Below, one piece after another: positions 47,470 through 56,800 of a stretch of 64,000 nt of DNA. The stretch covers positions 79,734 to 143,733 of the forward strand of contig CACJOM010000004.1 of NCBI GenBank assembly GCA_902595065.1. Reading direction: 5' to 3'. The number at the start of each line of letters is the position of its first letter. Positions within the stretch are counted from its first letter, which is position 1. This DNA is from an uncultured SAR86 cluster bacterium. Its GTDB lineage: Bacteria > Pseudomonadota > Gammaproteobacteria > Magnimaribacterales > D2472. Under the pieces are notes generated by a model, which saw only the letters and a program-made list of their open reading frames with translations, did no database searches and was not told the origin of the DNA. The translations under genes were made by a program, and so were the position numbers.

Positions 47470-47550
47470 AAGATTGTTATTTTAATTAATCTTTTAAGTT
47501 CTTTTAAAAGGTAGTATTGTTAAATATCAAAATTTACAAGGTATAAACAA

Positions 47551-48828
47551 ATGAAAAAAATTGTACTATTTTTCGCCCTATCAATTTCAAATTCTATTTT
47601 CGCAGACACCCTTCTGCATGTTGGCAATCTATTAGACACAAACAATGGAGAAATACAAAAAGCTGTAACGATTAGAATTAAAGGTAATCAAATATCAGAA
47701 ATTACAAAAGGTTATGCGAGTCCAAACAAGAATGATGCTGTTGTAAATCTTAAACAATCATATGTTCTTCCAGGGTTTATGGATATGCATGTTCATCTTA
47801 CATTCGAATATGCTCCTAAAGCTGAAAGAGAATTAAGTGTAGAGCCTGAATTTAGCGCTCTTTTTGCTGCAAATGCAGCATCAAAAACATTAATGGCTGG
47901 ATTCACGTCAGTTAGAAATGTTGGAGATGATGGTATGGAGACAATATCACTTCGCAAAGCAATAGATCGAAAGCTGGTGAAAGGTCCAAGAATTTTTACC
48001 TCTGGAAAAACGATTGCAACCACCGGAGGTCATGGGGATCCGACTAATGGGATGTCTAAAGATGACTACATGCCTCCTACCCCAGAAGAGGGAGTAATTG
48101 ATAATGCTGATGACGCTAGAAAAGCTGTAAGGCAAAGATATAAAGATGGAGCGGATGGGATTAAAATTACTTCTACTGGAGGAGTGCTAAGTGTCGCAAA
48201 ATCTGGTGACAATCCTCAATTCACAGATTCTGAACTGCTTGCAATTGTATCAACTGCTAATGACTATGGATTATGGACAGCTGCTCATGCTCATGGAAAA
48301 GAAGGCATGAAAAGAGCTGTTTTAGCAGGAATTAATTCAATAGAGCATGGGACGTATATGGACCAAGAAGTAATGAATTTAATGAAGGCCAAAGGTACCT
48401 ACTATGTCCCAACTATAATGGCAGGAGACTGGGTAGCTGAAAAAGCTAAAATACCAAATTTTTTTCCAGCTCTTGTAAAACCTAAGGCAGAGAAAATTGG
48501 GCCAATTATTCAATCAACTTTTGCAAAAGCTTATAAGGCTGGAGTTAAAATAGCATTTGGAACTGACTCAGGTGTTTCCAAGCATGGAGATAATTGGCAA
48601 GAGTTTATCCTTATGACTAACGCAGGGATGTCTAATTTAGATGCATTAAAAAGCGCGACAATTGAAACTGCTAAGCTCCTTCGCGTAGAGGATAAATTAG
48701 GTCAAATAAAACCAGGAATGCTTGCGGATATAATCGCTGTGCAAAAAAACCCTATTGAAGATATATCAACAGTCAAGAATATAAGTTTTGTTATGAAGGA
48801 CGGGGTCATATATAAACAGAGCTCTTAA
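47551..48828 (+). CDS. Secreted amidohydrolase-superfamily metallohydrolase
   Basis: 425 aa with a signal peptide, FMDMHVHL metal motif, AHAHG, EHG and GTDSG. Confidence 0.85.
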   Translation: MKKIVLFFALSISNSIFADTLLHVGNLLDTNNGEIQKAVTIRIKGNQISEITKGYASPNKNDAVVNLKQSYVLPGFMDMHVHLTFEYAPKAERELSVEPEFSALFAANAASKTLMAGFTSVRNVGDDGMETISLRKAIDRKLVKGPRIFTSGKTIATTGGHGDPTNGMSKDDYMPPTPEEGVIDNADDARKAVRQRYKDGADGIKITSTGGVLSVAKSGDNPQFTDSELLAIVSTANDYGLWTAAHAHGKEGMKRAVLAGINSIEHGTYMDQEVMNLMKAKGTYYVPTIMAGDWVAEKAKIPNFFPALVKPKAEKIGPIIQSTFAKAYKAGVKIAFGTDSGVSKHGDNWQEFILMTNAGMSNLDALKSATIETAKLLRVEDKLGQIKPGMLADIIAVQKNPIEDISTVKNISFVMKDGVIYKQSS

Positions 48829-48830
48829 AA

Positions 48831-49766
48831 ATGCTCAAAAAGCCTAAGATTGTCATCTTGGGAGCTGGCATGAGTGGCATAGCTTGCGCGCTTCAACTGC
48901 ATAAAAATTTTAACGTAAAAGTTTTTGAAAAATCTCGAGGTGTCGGAGGCAGGCTTTGTGCAAAGACATTGGCTAATGGATTATTTCATTTTGGAGCTCA
49001 ATTCTGTAAAGCTAAATCAAGTTCTTTTGAGGCATTCATAAAACAAAATGATGCTATTAGTTTTCAAGGATCTCTTTTTGATTGCAATAAAGGATTGGTA
49101 ACTGATAGTACGAAATATTTTGTTTGCAAAGATGGAATGCACGGTCTTCTTAAAAAATACCAACAACTTTTAAATATATATTTCAATCAAAAAGTTATTA
49201 AGGTAGATGAAACAAAAAAATTGATATGGTTTGATTCTGGTAACTGTGAGCCATACGATATATTAATTTCTAGCCTCCCATTGCCTCAGTCACAAGAAAT
49301 TTTTGATACACAAATTAAGCATGATGCAACCTTTAGCTCTTGTGTAGCGGTAGGCATGACGTTGAATGGAGCCTTAGATAACAGGCATAGTGCCTATCAA
49401 AACGTCAATGGAGATGTTTCAATGATTAGTTCGAGCAGCTTTTATAAAATCTCAGAGAAAGAAACTTGGGTTTTGCAGTTTTCACCAAATGCTAGCTATG
49501 AGCACATCCATGAATCGGATTCATATATACAAACTCAAGCTGAAAAGTCTATAAAGCAAATAATTAAAGGAAAATACGAAATTCTGCATGCAGGGATATT
49601 TAAATGGAAGTATGCTTTATGCAGTAGATCAAATCTAAGTAATAGATTTACAATAATTTCTGAAGATGCTTTTGCAATTGGTGATTGGAATATTTCTCCA
49701 CGCATTGAATCAGCATATATTTCTGGAAACTCTTTGGGAAGATATTTAATTGAGGCTAAAACATGA
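48831..49766 (+). CDS. NAD(P)/FAD-dependent oxidoreductase (COG3380/renalase-like)
   Basis: 311 aa with dinucleotide motif ILGAGMSGIACA...FEKSRGVGGR. An ATGA overlap links it to the downstream photolyase-family gene. Confidence 0.7.
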   Translation: MLKKPKIVILGAGMSGIACALQLHKNFNVKVFEKSRGVGGRLCAKTLANGLFHFGAQFCKAKSSSFEAFIKQNDAISFQGSLFDCNKGLVTDSTKYFVCKDGMHGLLKKYQQLLNIYFNQKVIKVDETKKLIWFDSGNCEPYDILISSLPLPQSQEIFDTQIKHDATFSSCVAVGMTLNGALDNRHSAYQNVNGDVSMISSSSFYKISEKETWVLQFSPNASYEHIHESDSYIQTQAEKSIKQIIKGKYEILHAGIFKWKYALCSRSNLSNRFTIISEDAFAIGDWNISPRIESAYISGNSLGRYLIEAKT

Positions 49767-51262
49767 AGCAGATTGGGTTAATCTTTCCAGATGATTTAGC
49801 AACAAATAACAAAGTTCTATTATCAATTGATCCATCTGATCCGCTATTGATATATGAGCCATGGGATACTTTTTATAAACTTAAACATCATAAACATAAG
49901 CTGGTGATGCTTTTATCAGCTTTGAGGCATTGGAAGGAAAAATTAGAAGAGAATTTTGAAAATATCATTCATATAAAAATAACTAAAAATAGAGATATTG
50001 ATCTAATGCATGATCTGGAAAGCCTGCATAAAAAAATTAATTTTAATTTACTGCATGTAACTCAACCAAGCGATCACGGGATATTAACTCAACTGATGTT
50101 CTTTGGTTCAAAGCATAATGTTGAATTAAAAATTCACCCAGATACAAAATTTATTGATTCTATTGAGGGTTTTTCTGAGTGGTCTAAAGACAAAAAATCT
50201 CTAGTTCAAGAATACTATTATCGATGGTTAAGAAAAAAATACACTCTGCTAATGGATGGAAATCAACCGCTTGGTGGTAAGTGGAATTTTGATAAGGAAA
50301 ATCAAAAAAGTATTTCAAAATTAAAAGAGCCGCCAAAACCAAGAAAAACAATTAAAACAGATAAATTAACAGTATCAACAATGGTTGATGTTGAAAATTG
50401 CTTTCCAGATTCAATAGGTAATTTAGAAAATTTTAATTGGGCGGTAACTCATAAAGAGGCAAGAGAACAGCTAAAAATATTTCTAAAAAATTATTTTAAA
50501 TCCTTTGGAGATTTTCAAGATGCGATAGATAAAGAAAATCCAACCTTGTTCCACTCCCTTCTTTCTCCATATATTAATTCTGGATTATTGGATCCCATGG
50601 AATGCATTGTTGATGCTATAAGTTATTTTAATAATGAACAGTATGGAATCCCCATCAATGCATTAGAGGGTTTCGTAAGACAAATTTTAGGTTGGAGAGA
50701 ATTTATCAGAGGGGTCTATTGGGAGAATATGCCTCAATACAAAGAAATGAATTTTTGGTCTCATAAGAATAATTTAAATAAAAATTGGTACTCAGGAGAA
50801 ACTGGGATTCCTGTGCTTGATGACGCAATTAAAGAATCTGTTGATACTGGGTACACTCATCATATTAATAGGTTGATGATAATCTCTAATTTAATGAATT
50901 TGTCAAATATTAGACCTGATGATATTTATAAGTGGTTCATGGAAATGTATGTAGATTCAGCTGACTGGGTTATGGTCCCAAATGTATTTGGAATGGGCAC
51001 ATATGCAGATGGTGGAATATTTTCAACAAAGCCTTACATCTGTGGATCAAGTTATATGCTTAGGATGTCAAATTATAAAAAAGGGGAATGGTGTGATGCC
51101 GTGGATGGTCTCTACTGGAGATTTATAGAGACCAATAGAGAGTTTTTTGCTAAAAATCCTAGACTTGGATTAATGTTAAAGTCGCTTGATAGAATGAGCG
51201 AAGAAAGAAAGATTAAAATTTATGATGCAGCAGATAAATTTATTGAAAAAAATACTTTTTAA
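49763..51262 (+). CDS. Cryptochrome/photolyase-family protein of the COG3046 (FeS-BCP / (6-4) photolyase-like) type
   Basis: 499 aa with the pattern GGKWNFD, LSPYINSGLL, GWREF, HHINRLM and VDSADWVMVPNV, typical of CryB/PhrB-like proteins. Confidence 0.75.
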   Translation: MKQIGLIFPDDLATNNKVLLSIDPSDPLLIYEPWDTFYKLKHHKHKLVMLLSALRHWKEKLEENFENIIHIKITKNRDIDLMHDLESLHKKINFNLLHVTQPSDHGILTQLMFFGSKHNVELKIHPDTKFIDSIEGFSEWSKDKKSLVQEYYYRWLRKKYTLLMDGNQPLGGKWNFDKENQKSISKLKEPPKPRKTIKTDKLTVSTMVDVENCFPDSIGNLENFNWAVTHKEAREQLKIFLKNYFKSFGDFQDAIDKENPTLFHSLLSPYINSGLLDPMECIVDAISYFNNEQYGIPINALEGFVRQILGWREFIRGVYWENMPQYKEMNFWSHKNNLNKNWYSGETGIPVLDDAIKESVDTGYTHHINRLMIISNLMNLSNIRPDDIYKWFMEMYVDSADWVMVPNVFGMGTYADGGIFSTKPYICGSSYMLRMSNYKKGEWCDAVDGLYWRFIETNREFFAKNPRLGLMLKSLDRMSEERKIKIYDAADKFIEKNTF

Positions 51263-52101
51263 AGGTCTTCAAGTAAAAAATCAGATGCAGCCAAGCTCAT
51301 TGCAGCATTATTATGGGCAACATCAGGAACAGTCTGATATCTCCATCGAAATGGAAGATTTTTTTCCACTCCCAGCTTAATCAAATCATTAAAAAAATTT
51401 GTTCCCCTCTCAAATCGATGTCTTCCCTGCTTCTTTGCTTTACGCATAGCGGGCAAAGAATGATGCTTAGGATCATTGTCAGCATCACCTAAAAATACTC
51501 CGCCCTTAAGTCTTAAAAACCACTCTAGCTTTTCAGAGGAAACATTCATATTTTTAATACCAAATGGATAAGGTATCTGATCATCAACAAAAGTATAAAA
51601 TCCTGCATTTGCCATAGCAGCTTTTTCGATTCTTTTTTCTTCACTCAACAAAAGATATCTATTCACAAATTGAGATCCGCCAGAATGGCCATAGAGTCTA
51701 AAATTTTCAGTTGAAAGTTTTAATTTAGCTTTAAAAAAATCAAAAAGTAACCCCAATGAGTCAGTCAGATAAAGCGATTGATCGTGAAGCAACTTCCCTC
51801 TTTCTGTGGCCATCATTAAGTAGACATATTCTGGATAAGATTCTTTAGAAAACTCTGGTGCTATAAGAACAACATTTCTGTTTTTAGCTAAAGGAAGCCA
51901 ATCATTTAAATATTTCCTAGCTGTTCTTGAGGCTCCATGCATAACAAATATAATTTTCGTATTTTCATCTATTGATTCTGGTGTTGAAAAATAAACTGTT
52001 GAATCAGGCTTATCCCAATAAGAGAAAGTTATTTCTTCAATTTGTCGAGCACACAGCTGCAAACTAAAGGAAATAAAGATAAATAATAAAATTTGCTTCA
52101 T
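51259..52101 (-). CDS. Secreted alpha/beta-hydrolase (esterase/depolymerase-like)
   Basis: 280 aa with a signal peptide and nucleophile elbow GHSGG. Its start overlaps the sulfatase stop (TAATG). Confidence 0.7.
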   Translation of the reverse strand: MKQILLFIFISFSLQLCARQIEEITFSYWDKPDSTVYFSTPESIDENTKIIFVMHGASRTARKYLNDWLPLAKNRNVVLIAPEFSKESYPEYVYLMMATERGKLLHDQSLYLTDSLGLLFDFFKAKLKLSTENFRLYGHSGGSQFVNRYLLLSEEKRIEKAAMANAGFYTFVDDQIPYPFGIKNMNVSSEKLEWFLRLKGGVFLGDADNDPKHHSLPAMRKAKKQGRHRFERGTNFFNDLIKLGVEKNLPFRWRYQTVPDVAHNNAAMSLAASDFLLEDL

Positions 52102-53735
52102 TAGTGCTTATGATTTTTAAATTCTTCAGGGGGTTTGCATTTCCCTCTTTCCCAGTCTCCAGGTTGGCAGTCATAAATAATTCTTCCATGATCTTTGATC
52201 AAATAATCTAATACTTGATGAGCATGGGCGCCAAAACCTAAAGATGCATCATCTTGGAGTTTATCAATAGGAATAGTGTAACTGGTCCAATCTTTTGGAG
52301 CTCTCCATCCTGGAGGAGGAACTAATTGAGCTCTAATACCTGATATTGGATGAAGTGCACGCCACTCTCTTATCTTATTAGCCATAATTTCAACCAACTT
52401 TGGATATTCATCTGCCAAATTAATATATTCATTTGGATCAGAGGCGATATCAAATAATTTATTTTCTACGTTGATCTCTAACAATGAGCTTGTAATCACC
52501 TGAACCAGCTTCCATTTATCATTAAAAACTGTAGTATGAAATTCTCCGTAATTTGGTGTCTCAGAAGCAAAATAAACCTCTTTATTGAGTTTTACCTCTT
52601 TTCCACTTTTTATTGCTGGCCACAGATCTCTTCCCCAAATTTCTTTTGTATTCATCATTGGAATTCCAGAGGCGCTTGCAAGGGTTGGAAAAACATCCAT
52701 TACAGTCATTATTGATTTAAAGGTTTTGCCCGCATCTAGCTTGCCTTTCCACCGCATCGCAGCTACTACCCTGATGCCTCCCTCATATGTATCTCCTTTG
52801 CCTCCACGTAATGGAAAATTATCAGCTCCTCCTCCAGCATAGGCAGCACCTCCATTATCACTGCTAAATAATACAATGGTCTCCTCTTCAATCCCTTCAT
52901 TTTCTAGGGTATCTAAAACTTGACCAATTGCTTGATCTAAAGCATCAACAACAGCAGCATAAATAGGTCTTGCACTTGGAAGAAAGCCTCCTAATGTTCT
53001 GGTGCGATCAATTGCAACACTTCTTGTGAGCTCTCTGGTATCTTCTAAATCTTTATATTTTTGTACAAGATCATCTGGGGCTTCTAAAGGAGTATGGGGA
53101 GCAATGAATGGCATATAAAGAAAAAAAGGTTTGTCTTTGTCTCTAGATTTTATCCATCTAGAAGCCTCATCTGCCAGAAGGAACGTTTCATAACCATCAT
53201 CTTTAATAGTTTTACCATTTCGCTGAAAATCAATGCCACCTTGGTTTGCAAATGGAGGAAAATATCCTACCTCAGTATGCATATGGCCATAAAAATCATC
53301 AAAGCCCCTAGCATTTGGATGAAAAATTTCTTGTGAATGCCCTAGGTGCCATTTCCCAACCATGGCAGTTTGATACCCAGCAGCTTTGAAAGATTCTGGC
53401 ATAAAATGCTCATCTGGGTGAACTCCGTTATTCATCCAAGGCATAACTACAGAATATGAAATTCCTAGCCTCAATGGATCGCGCCCTGTCATTAAGGCTG
53501 CTCTAGTTGGGCTACATATGGGAGTTGTATAAAATCTATCTAAGGTTAAACCTTCTTCAAACAAAGAATCTATTGCAGGAGTATCAATAGGAGCACCTCT
53601 TAATGAAATATCAGCCCAGCCTAAATCATCTACTAAAAATATTATTACATTTGGCTGTTTTTCTTCTGAGCCAACAAAGGCGCTAAAAACAACTAATCCA
53701 ATTGTAAATAATCTAAAAGTTATACTCATCTGCAT
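52101..53735 (-). CDS. Secreted arylsulfatase-family enzyme (formylglycine type)
   Basis: 544 aa with a signal peptide, FLVDDLGW, formylglycine motif CSPTRAALMTGR and GKWHLG. Confidence 0.9.
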   Translation of the reverse strand: MQMSITFRLFTIGLVVFSAFVGSEEKQPNVIIFLVDDLGWADISLRGAPIDTPAIDSLFEEGLTLDRFYTTPICSPTRAALMTGRDPLRLGISYSVVMPWMNNGVHPDEHFMPESFKAAGYQTAMVGKWHLGHSQEIFHPNARGFDDFYGHMHTEVGYFPPFANQGGIDFQRNGKTIKDDGYETFLLADEASRWIKSRDKDKPFFLYMPFIAPHTPLEAPDDLVQKYKDLEDTRELTRSVAIDRTRTLGGFLPSARPIYAAVVDALDQAIGQVLDTLENEGIEEETIVLFSSDNGGAAYAGGGADNFPLRGGKGDTYEGGIRVVAAMRWKGKLDAGKTFKSIMTVMDVFPTLASASGIPMMNTKEIWGRDLWPAIKSGKEVKLNKEVYFASETPNYGEFHTTVFNDKWKLVQVITSSLLEINVENKLFDIASDPNEYINLADEYPKLVEIMANKIREWRALHPISGIRAQLVPPPGWRAPKDWTSYTIPIDKLQDDASLGFGAHAHQVLDYLIKDHGRIIYDCQPGDWERGKCKPPEEFKNHKH

Positions 53736-55587
53736 TAAAATTATTTGTCCAGTTCCAATATTCTACCAATCTCCATGGAGAAGTGGTGACAACCTTACCT
53801 TTTGAATTTTGATACCAACTTGAGACTTTGGGATGTTGCCAAACCATCTTACTATGCCTTTTTTCAAATTGTTTTTGGTATTGATCCTCAATCTCAGGCT
53901 TAACACTAATTTGCTTTAAATTATGGTTGATCATGAACTCAAGCGCAGAACAAATATAATTAATTTGGCATTCAGAATTAAAGATAATGCTCCCAGCGTG
54001 TGCAAGATTAGTTCCTGGACCATACATTGCAAAAAAATTAGGCATTGATGAAAAGGTAATACCTAGATAAGATTTTGGTGAATCTTGATAAATCTGTTTA
54101 AAGTTGCCAGAACCTCCGTCAATATTGATTGGATAAAAAAATTCTTGCGCTTTGAAGCCAGTGGCAAAAATTATCGTATCAAACTCAAACTCATTATTTG
54201 CAGTTACTATTCCTGTTTCACTAATACATTTAACTGCCTCTGTAATTAAAGAAACATTTGGAAGATGAAGCGCACCTAACCACGCGCCGTTGTCTTGTAG
54301 CATTCGCTTACCAAAAGGCGGATAATTTGGTATAACCTTTTCAACAAGAGATGTATCAGAGATTTGCATAAGCATTGCATCCGTAAATAAACTTCTCATA
54401 GCATCATTTTCTGCATTGATTGAATCATTTCTCTCCTTCCATGCTGGATCAATAAACAATGAATTAAGAAGCTGATCTGAGCCAGGATAAAAAAGTAAAA
54501 ATCTATACCACCTTGAATAGAAGGGTAAATTTTCTAGCAGCCATTTTTTTCCATCATCAACTTTTTCATGATATCTAGGATTCGGAAACATCCATGGTGG
54601 AGATCTTTGAAAAATTGTTAGTTCTTCACATGAATCTGCAATGCTGGGTACTATCTGAAAGGCGCTTGCACCAGTTCCAACTACTGCAACTCTTTTTCCA
54701 GAAATAACATCATGATCTGGCCATTGAGCCGAATGAAATATACTTCCTTGAAAATCCTTCAAACCATTGATTTCTGGAAAGCTAGGTTGGTTTAGCTGAC
54801 CAACGCAGGAAATAACAATATTGGTAGTTTCATTTTTTATTTCTCCATTACAAACTGACTCAACTTCCCATGATTGAATAGATGAATTAAAGCTCATGTT
54901 AGTGACCTGAGTATTAAAAAAGGTATGCTGCTCAATATCATATTTTTTAAAGCATTTTTTAAAATACTCTAGCAATTCAGGCTGTTGAGAAAAGTGCTCT
55001 GACCATTGGTGATTTTCATCAAATGAATATGAATAAAAGTGATTAGCAATATCAACTCGAGATCCAGGATAATGGTTTTCAAACCAAGTGCCGCCAATAT
55101 CTACATTTTTCTCATAAATCTTAAATTTAATGCCTCTTTCTGCTAATTTAATGCCAGCCAGAATTCCTGACATCCCACCGCCAACAATCAAAACCTCAAT
55201 ACTTGATTTGCTAATATGATTATTGAATTTTTGATCTTCAGGGATAATGTTTAAATCTTTTAACATCATGGGAACATAGTCTAATGAAACTCTTTCGCCC
55301 ACAATAAAATTCATCATTTGATGAAGTTCTAGAATCGTGGGGGTATAAATATCATCTATATTAGAGTTAGAAAAAAATTTATCTATCTCCTGTATAGCCA
55401 TTTTTTTAATTTTTGCTTTATCTTTTTTTGATAAGAAGCCCTGTACTTCACCAAGAATGGCTTGATTTGGTTTCGGTAATTTATCTAATATTGAAATATC
55501 TCCTGTAAAATGAACTAACAATGCTGCCAATACAGGAAAACTAGCTGAATCCAATGCCTTCTCTAAATTACGCATACTAATTTTCAC
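53713..55587 (-). CDS. Baeyer-Villiger monooxygenase with N-terminal extension (HAPMO-like)
   Basis: 624 aa with a ~135-aa N-terminal extension, then GGGMSG, GGTWFENHYPGSRVD, BVMO fingerprint FQGSIFHSAQWPD and a second GTGASA. Confidence 0.85.
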   Translation of the reverse strand: MKISMRNLEKALDSASFPVLAALLVHFTGDISILDKLPKPNQAILGEVQGFLSKKDKAKIKKMAIQEIDKFFSNSNIDDIYTPTILELHQMMNFIVGERVSLDYVPMMLKDLNIIPEDQKFNNHISKSSIEVLIVGGGMSGILAGIKLAERGIKFKIYEKNVDIGGTWFENHYPGSRVDIANHFYSYSFDENHQWSEHFSQQPELLEYFKKCFKKYDIEQHTFFNTQVTNMSFNSSIQSWEVESVCNGEIKNETTNIVISCVGQLNQPSFPEINGLKDFQGSIFHSAQWPDHDVISGKRVAVVGTGASAFQIVPSIADSCEELTIFQRSPPWMFPNPRYHEKVDDGKKWLLENLPFYSRWYRFLLFYPGSDQLLNSLFIDPAWKERNDSINAENDAMRSLFTDAMLMQISDTSLVEKVIPNYPPFGKRMLQDNGAWLGALHLPNVSLITEAVKCISETGIVTANNEFEFDTIIFATGFKAQEFFYPINIDGGSGNFKQIYQDSPKSYLGITFSSMPNFFAMYGPGTNLAHAGSIIFNSECQINYICSALEFMINHNLKQISVKPEIEDQYQKQFEKRHSKMVWQHPKVSSWYQNSKGKVVTTSPWRLVEYWNWTNNFNADEYNF

Positions 55588-55636
55588 AGTAATTTAATTA
55601 TGCACTTAAAAACATTTTCATATAAAAAAAATTAAA

Positions 55637-56743
55637 ATGTCGAAGTATTTAGAAATAATAAAAAAAATACACTCTTCTCCATATAGATTTGTTTTAGTCT
55701 CCAGTGGTGGTGGAACTAATGCTATTTCAGAAATCTTAAAAGTGCCTGGAGCAAGCAAATCAGTTTTGGAGGCATATGTTCCTTATGCAAAGGAATCTTT
55801 AGATTATTATCTTCTAAAACAGCCTGATCATTATTGCAGCATAGAAACTACCCTCAGCATGGCTGCTAAGGCTTATAGTGCGGCAAAAAAAATAGACCTA
55901 AATACTAACCCGAAAAATCTTTTAGGCATTGCAGTAACTGCCTCTCTTGCAACAAATTACTCCAAAAAAGGTGAGCATAAATTTTATATTGCCATACAGA
56001 CTTATAAATATTCATCTAGTTTTTCATACACATTTATCAAAGGAGAGCTCACTCGAGAAGAGGAAGAGCAAATAGTGACTGACAATATCATTAATGCAAT
56101 TGCTCATTCCTGTAAGGTGCAAAATTTTATAGGTTCTGAAAGTCCACTCTTAATAAGTGAAACTGTTGAAGCTGAAAAAAGCTGGGTTGAATTAGTAGAT
56201 AATAAAATTGACTTTGTATCTTCATCAAATCATGTTCCTGAATTAATTTTTCCGGGATCGTTTAACCCTTTTCATTCAGGTCATAAATCAATGAGTGAGC
56301 TAGCTGAAAAGAAAACTGGATTAGCTCTTGCATATGAAATATGTATTCAGAATGCAGACAAACCCCCCCTTTCATATCATGAGATTAAAAAAATTCTTGA
56401 TCAATTTAAACATGGGCATGAGTGGGTATTAACCAAAGCAGGTAAATTTACAGATAAAGCATCCCTATTTCCAAACTCTGTTTTTATTATTGGTGCAGAT
56501 ACATTAACAAGAATTTTAGATGAAAAATTTTATCTAAATCGTCAAGACATGCTAAATCAATTGGATTTATTTAATAGCCACAACATCAATTTCTTAGTAT
56601 TTGGTCGCAAGATTAAGAGTAACTTCATCAGCCTTGATTCTGTCTCAATACCTGAGCACATAGCAAAAAGATTTTCTGGATTTGGAGAAGAAATATTTAG
56701 AGATGATATTTCCTCATCCTCAATTAGAAAAGAGGAAAACTAG
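55637..56743 (+). CDS. Fusion protein: CinA/PncC-like N-domain plus NMNAT/NadD-like nucleotidyltransferase C-domain
   Basis: 368 aa. The N-terminal half has SSGGGTNAISEILKVPGASKSVLEAYVPY (compare PncC ESCTGG...G.S..F.GG.V.Y). The C-terminal half has the (H/T)xGH motif FPGSFNPFHSGH and a terminal ISSSSIR. Confidence 0.6.
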   Translation: MSKYLEIIKKIHSSPYRFVLVSSGGGTNAISEILKVPGASKSVLEAYVPYAKESLDYYLLKQPDHYCSIETTLSMAAKAYSAAKKIDLNTNPKNLLGIAVTASLATNYSKKGEHKFYIAIQTYKYSSSFSYTFIKGELTREEEEQIVTDNIINAIAHSCKVQNFIGSESPLLISETVEAEKSWVELVDNKIDFVSSSNHVPELIFPGSFNPFHSGHKSMSELAEKKTGLALAYEICIQNADKPPLSYHEIKKILDQFKHGHEWVLTKAGKFTDKASLFPNSVFIIGADTLTRILDEKFYLNRQDMLNQLDLFNSHNINFLVFGRKIKSNFISLDSVSIPEHIAKRFSGFGEEIFRDDISSSSIRKEEN

Positions 56744-56800
56744 AACTTCAAAAACTGTATACTGCTTATAGCATCCTATTAAAAAACTGGGGGGTTTTTT

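Noticed and set aside
47480-47505. AT-rich hairpin CTTTTAA-N6-TTAAAAG after the PhoD-like gene as a terminator
   Set aside because: The stem is only 7 bp and all A/T, and no T-run follows. It is indistinguishable from background in this AT-rich DNA.
56751-56775. LexA-like half-site AACTGTATACTGCTTATAGCA upstream of the IDO gene
   Set aside because: It has CTGT but no ACAG eight nucleotides later (the sequence reads TATA), so it does not satisfy CTGT-N8-ACAG.
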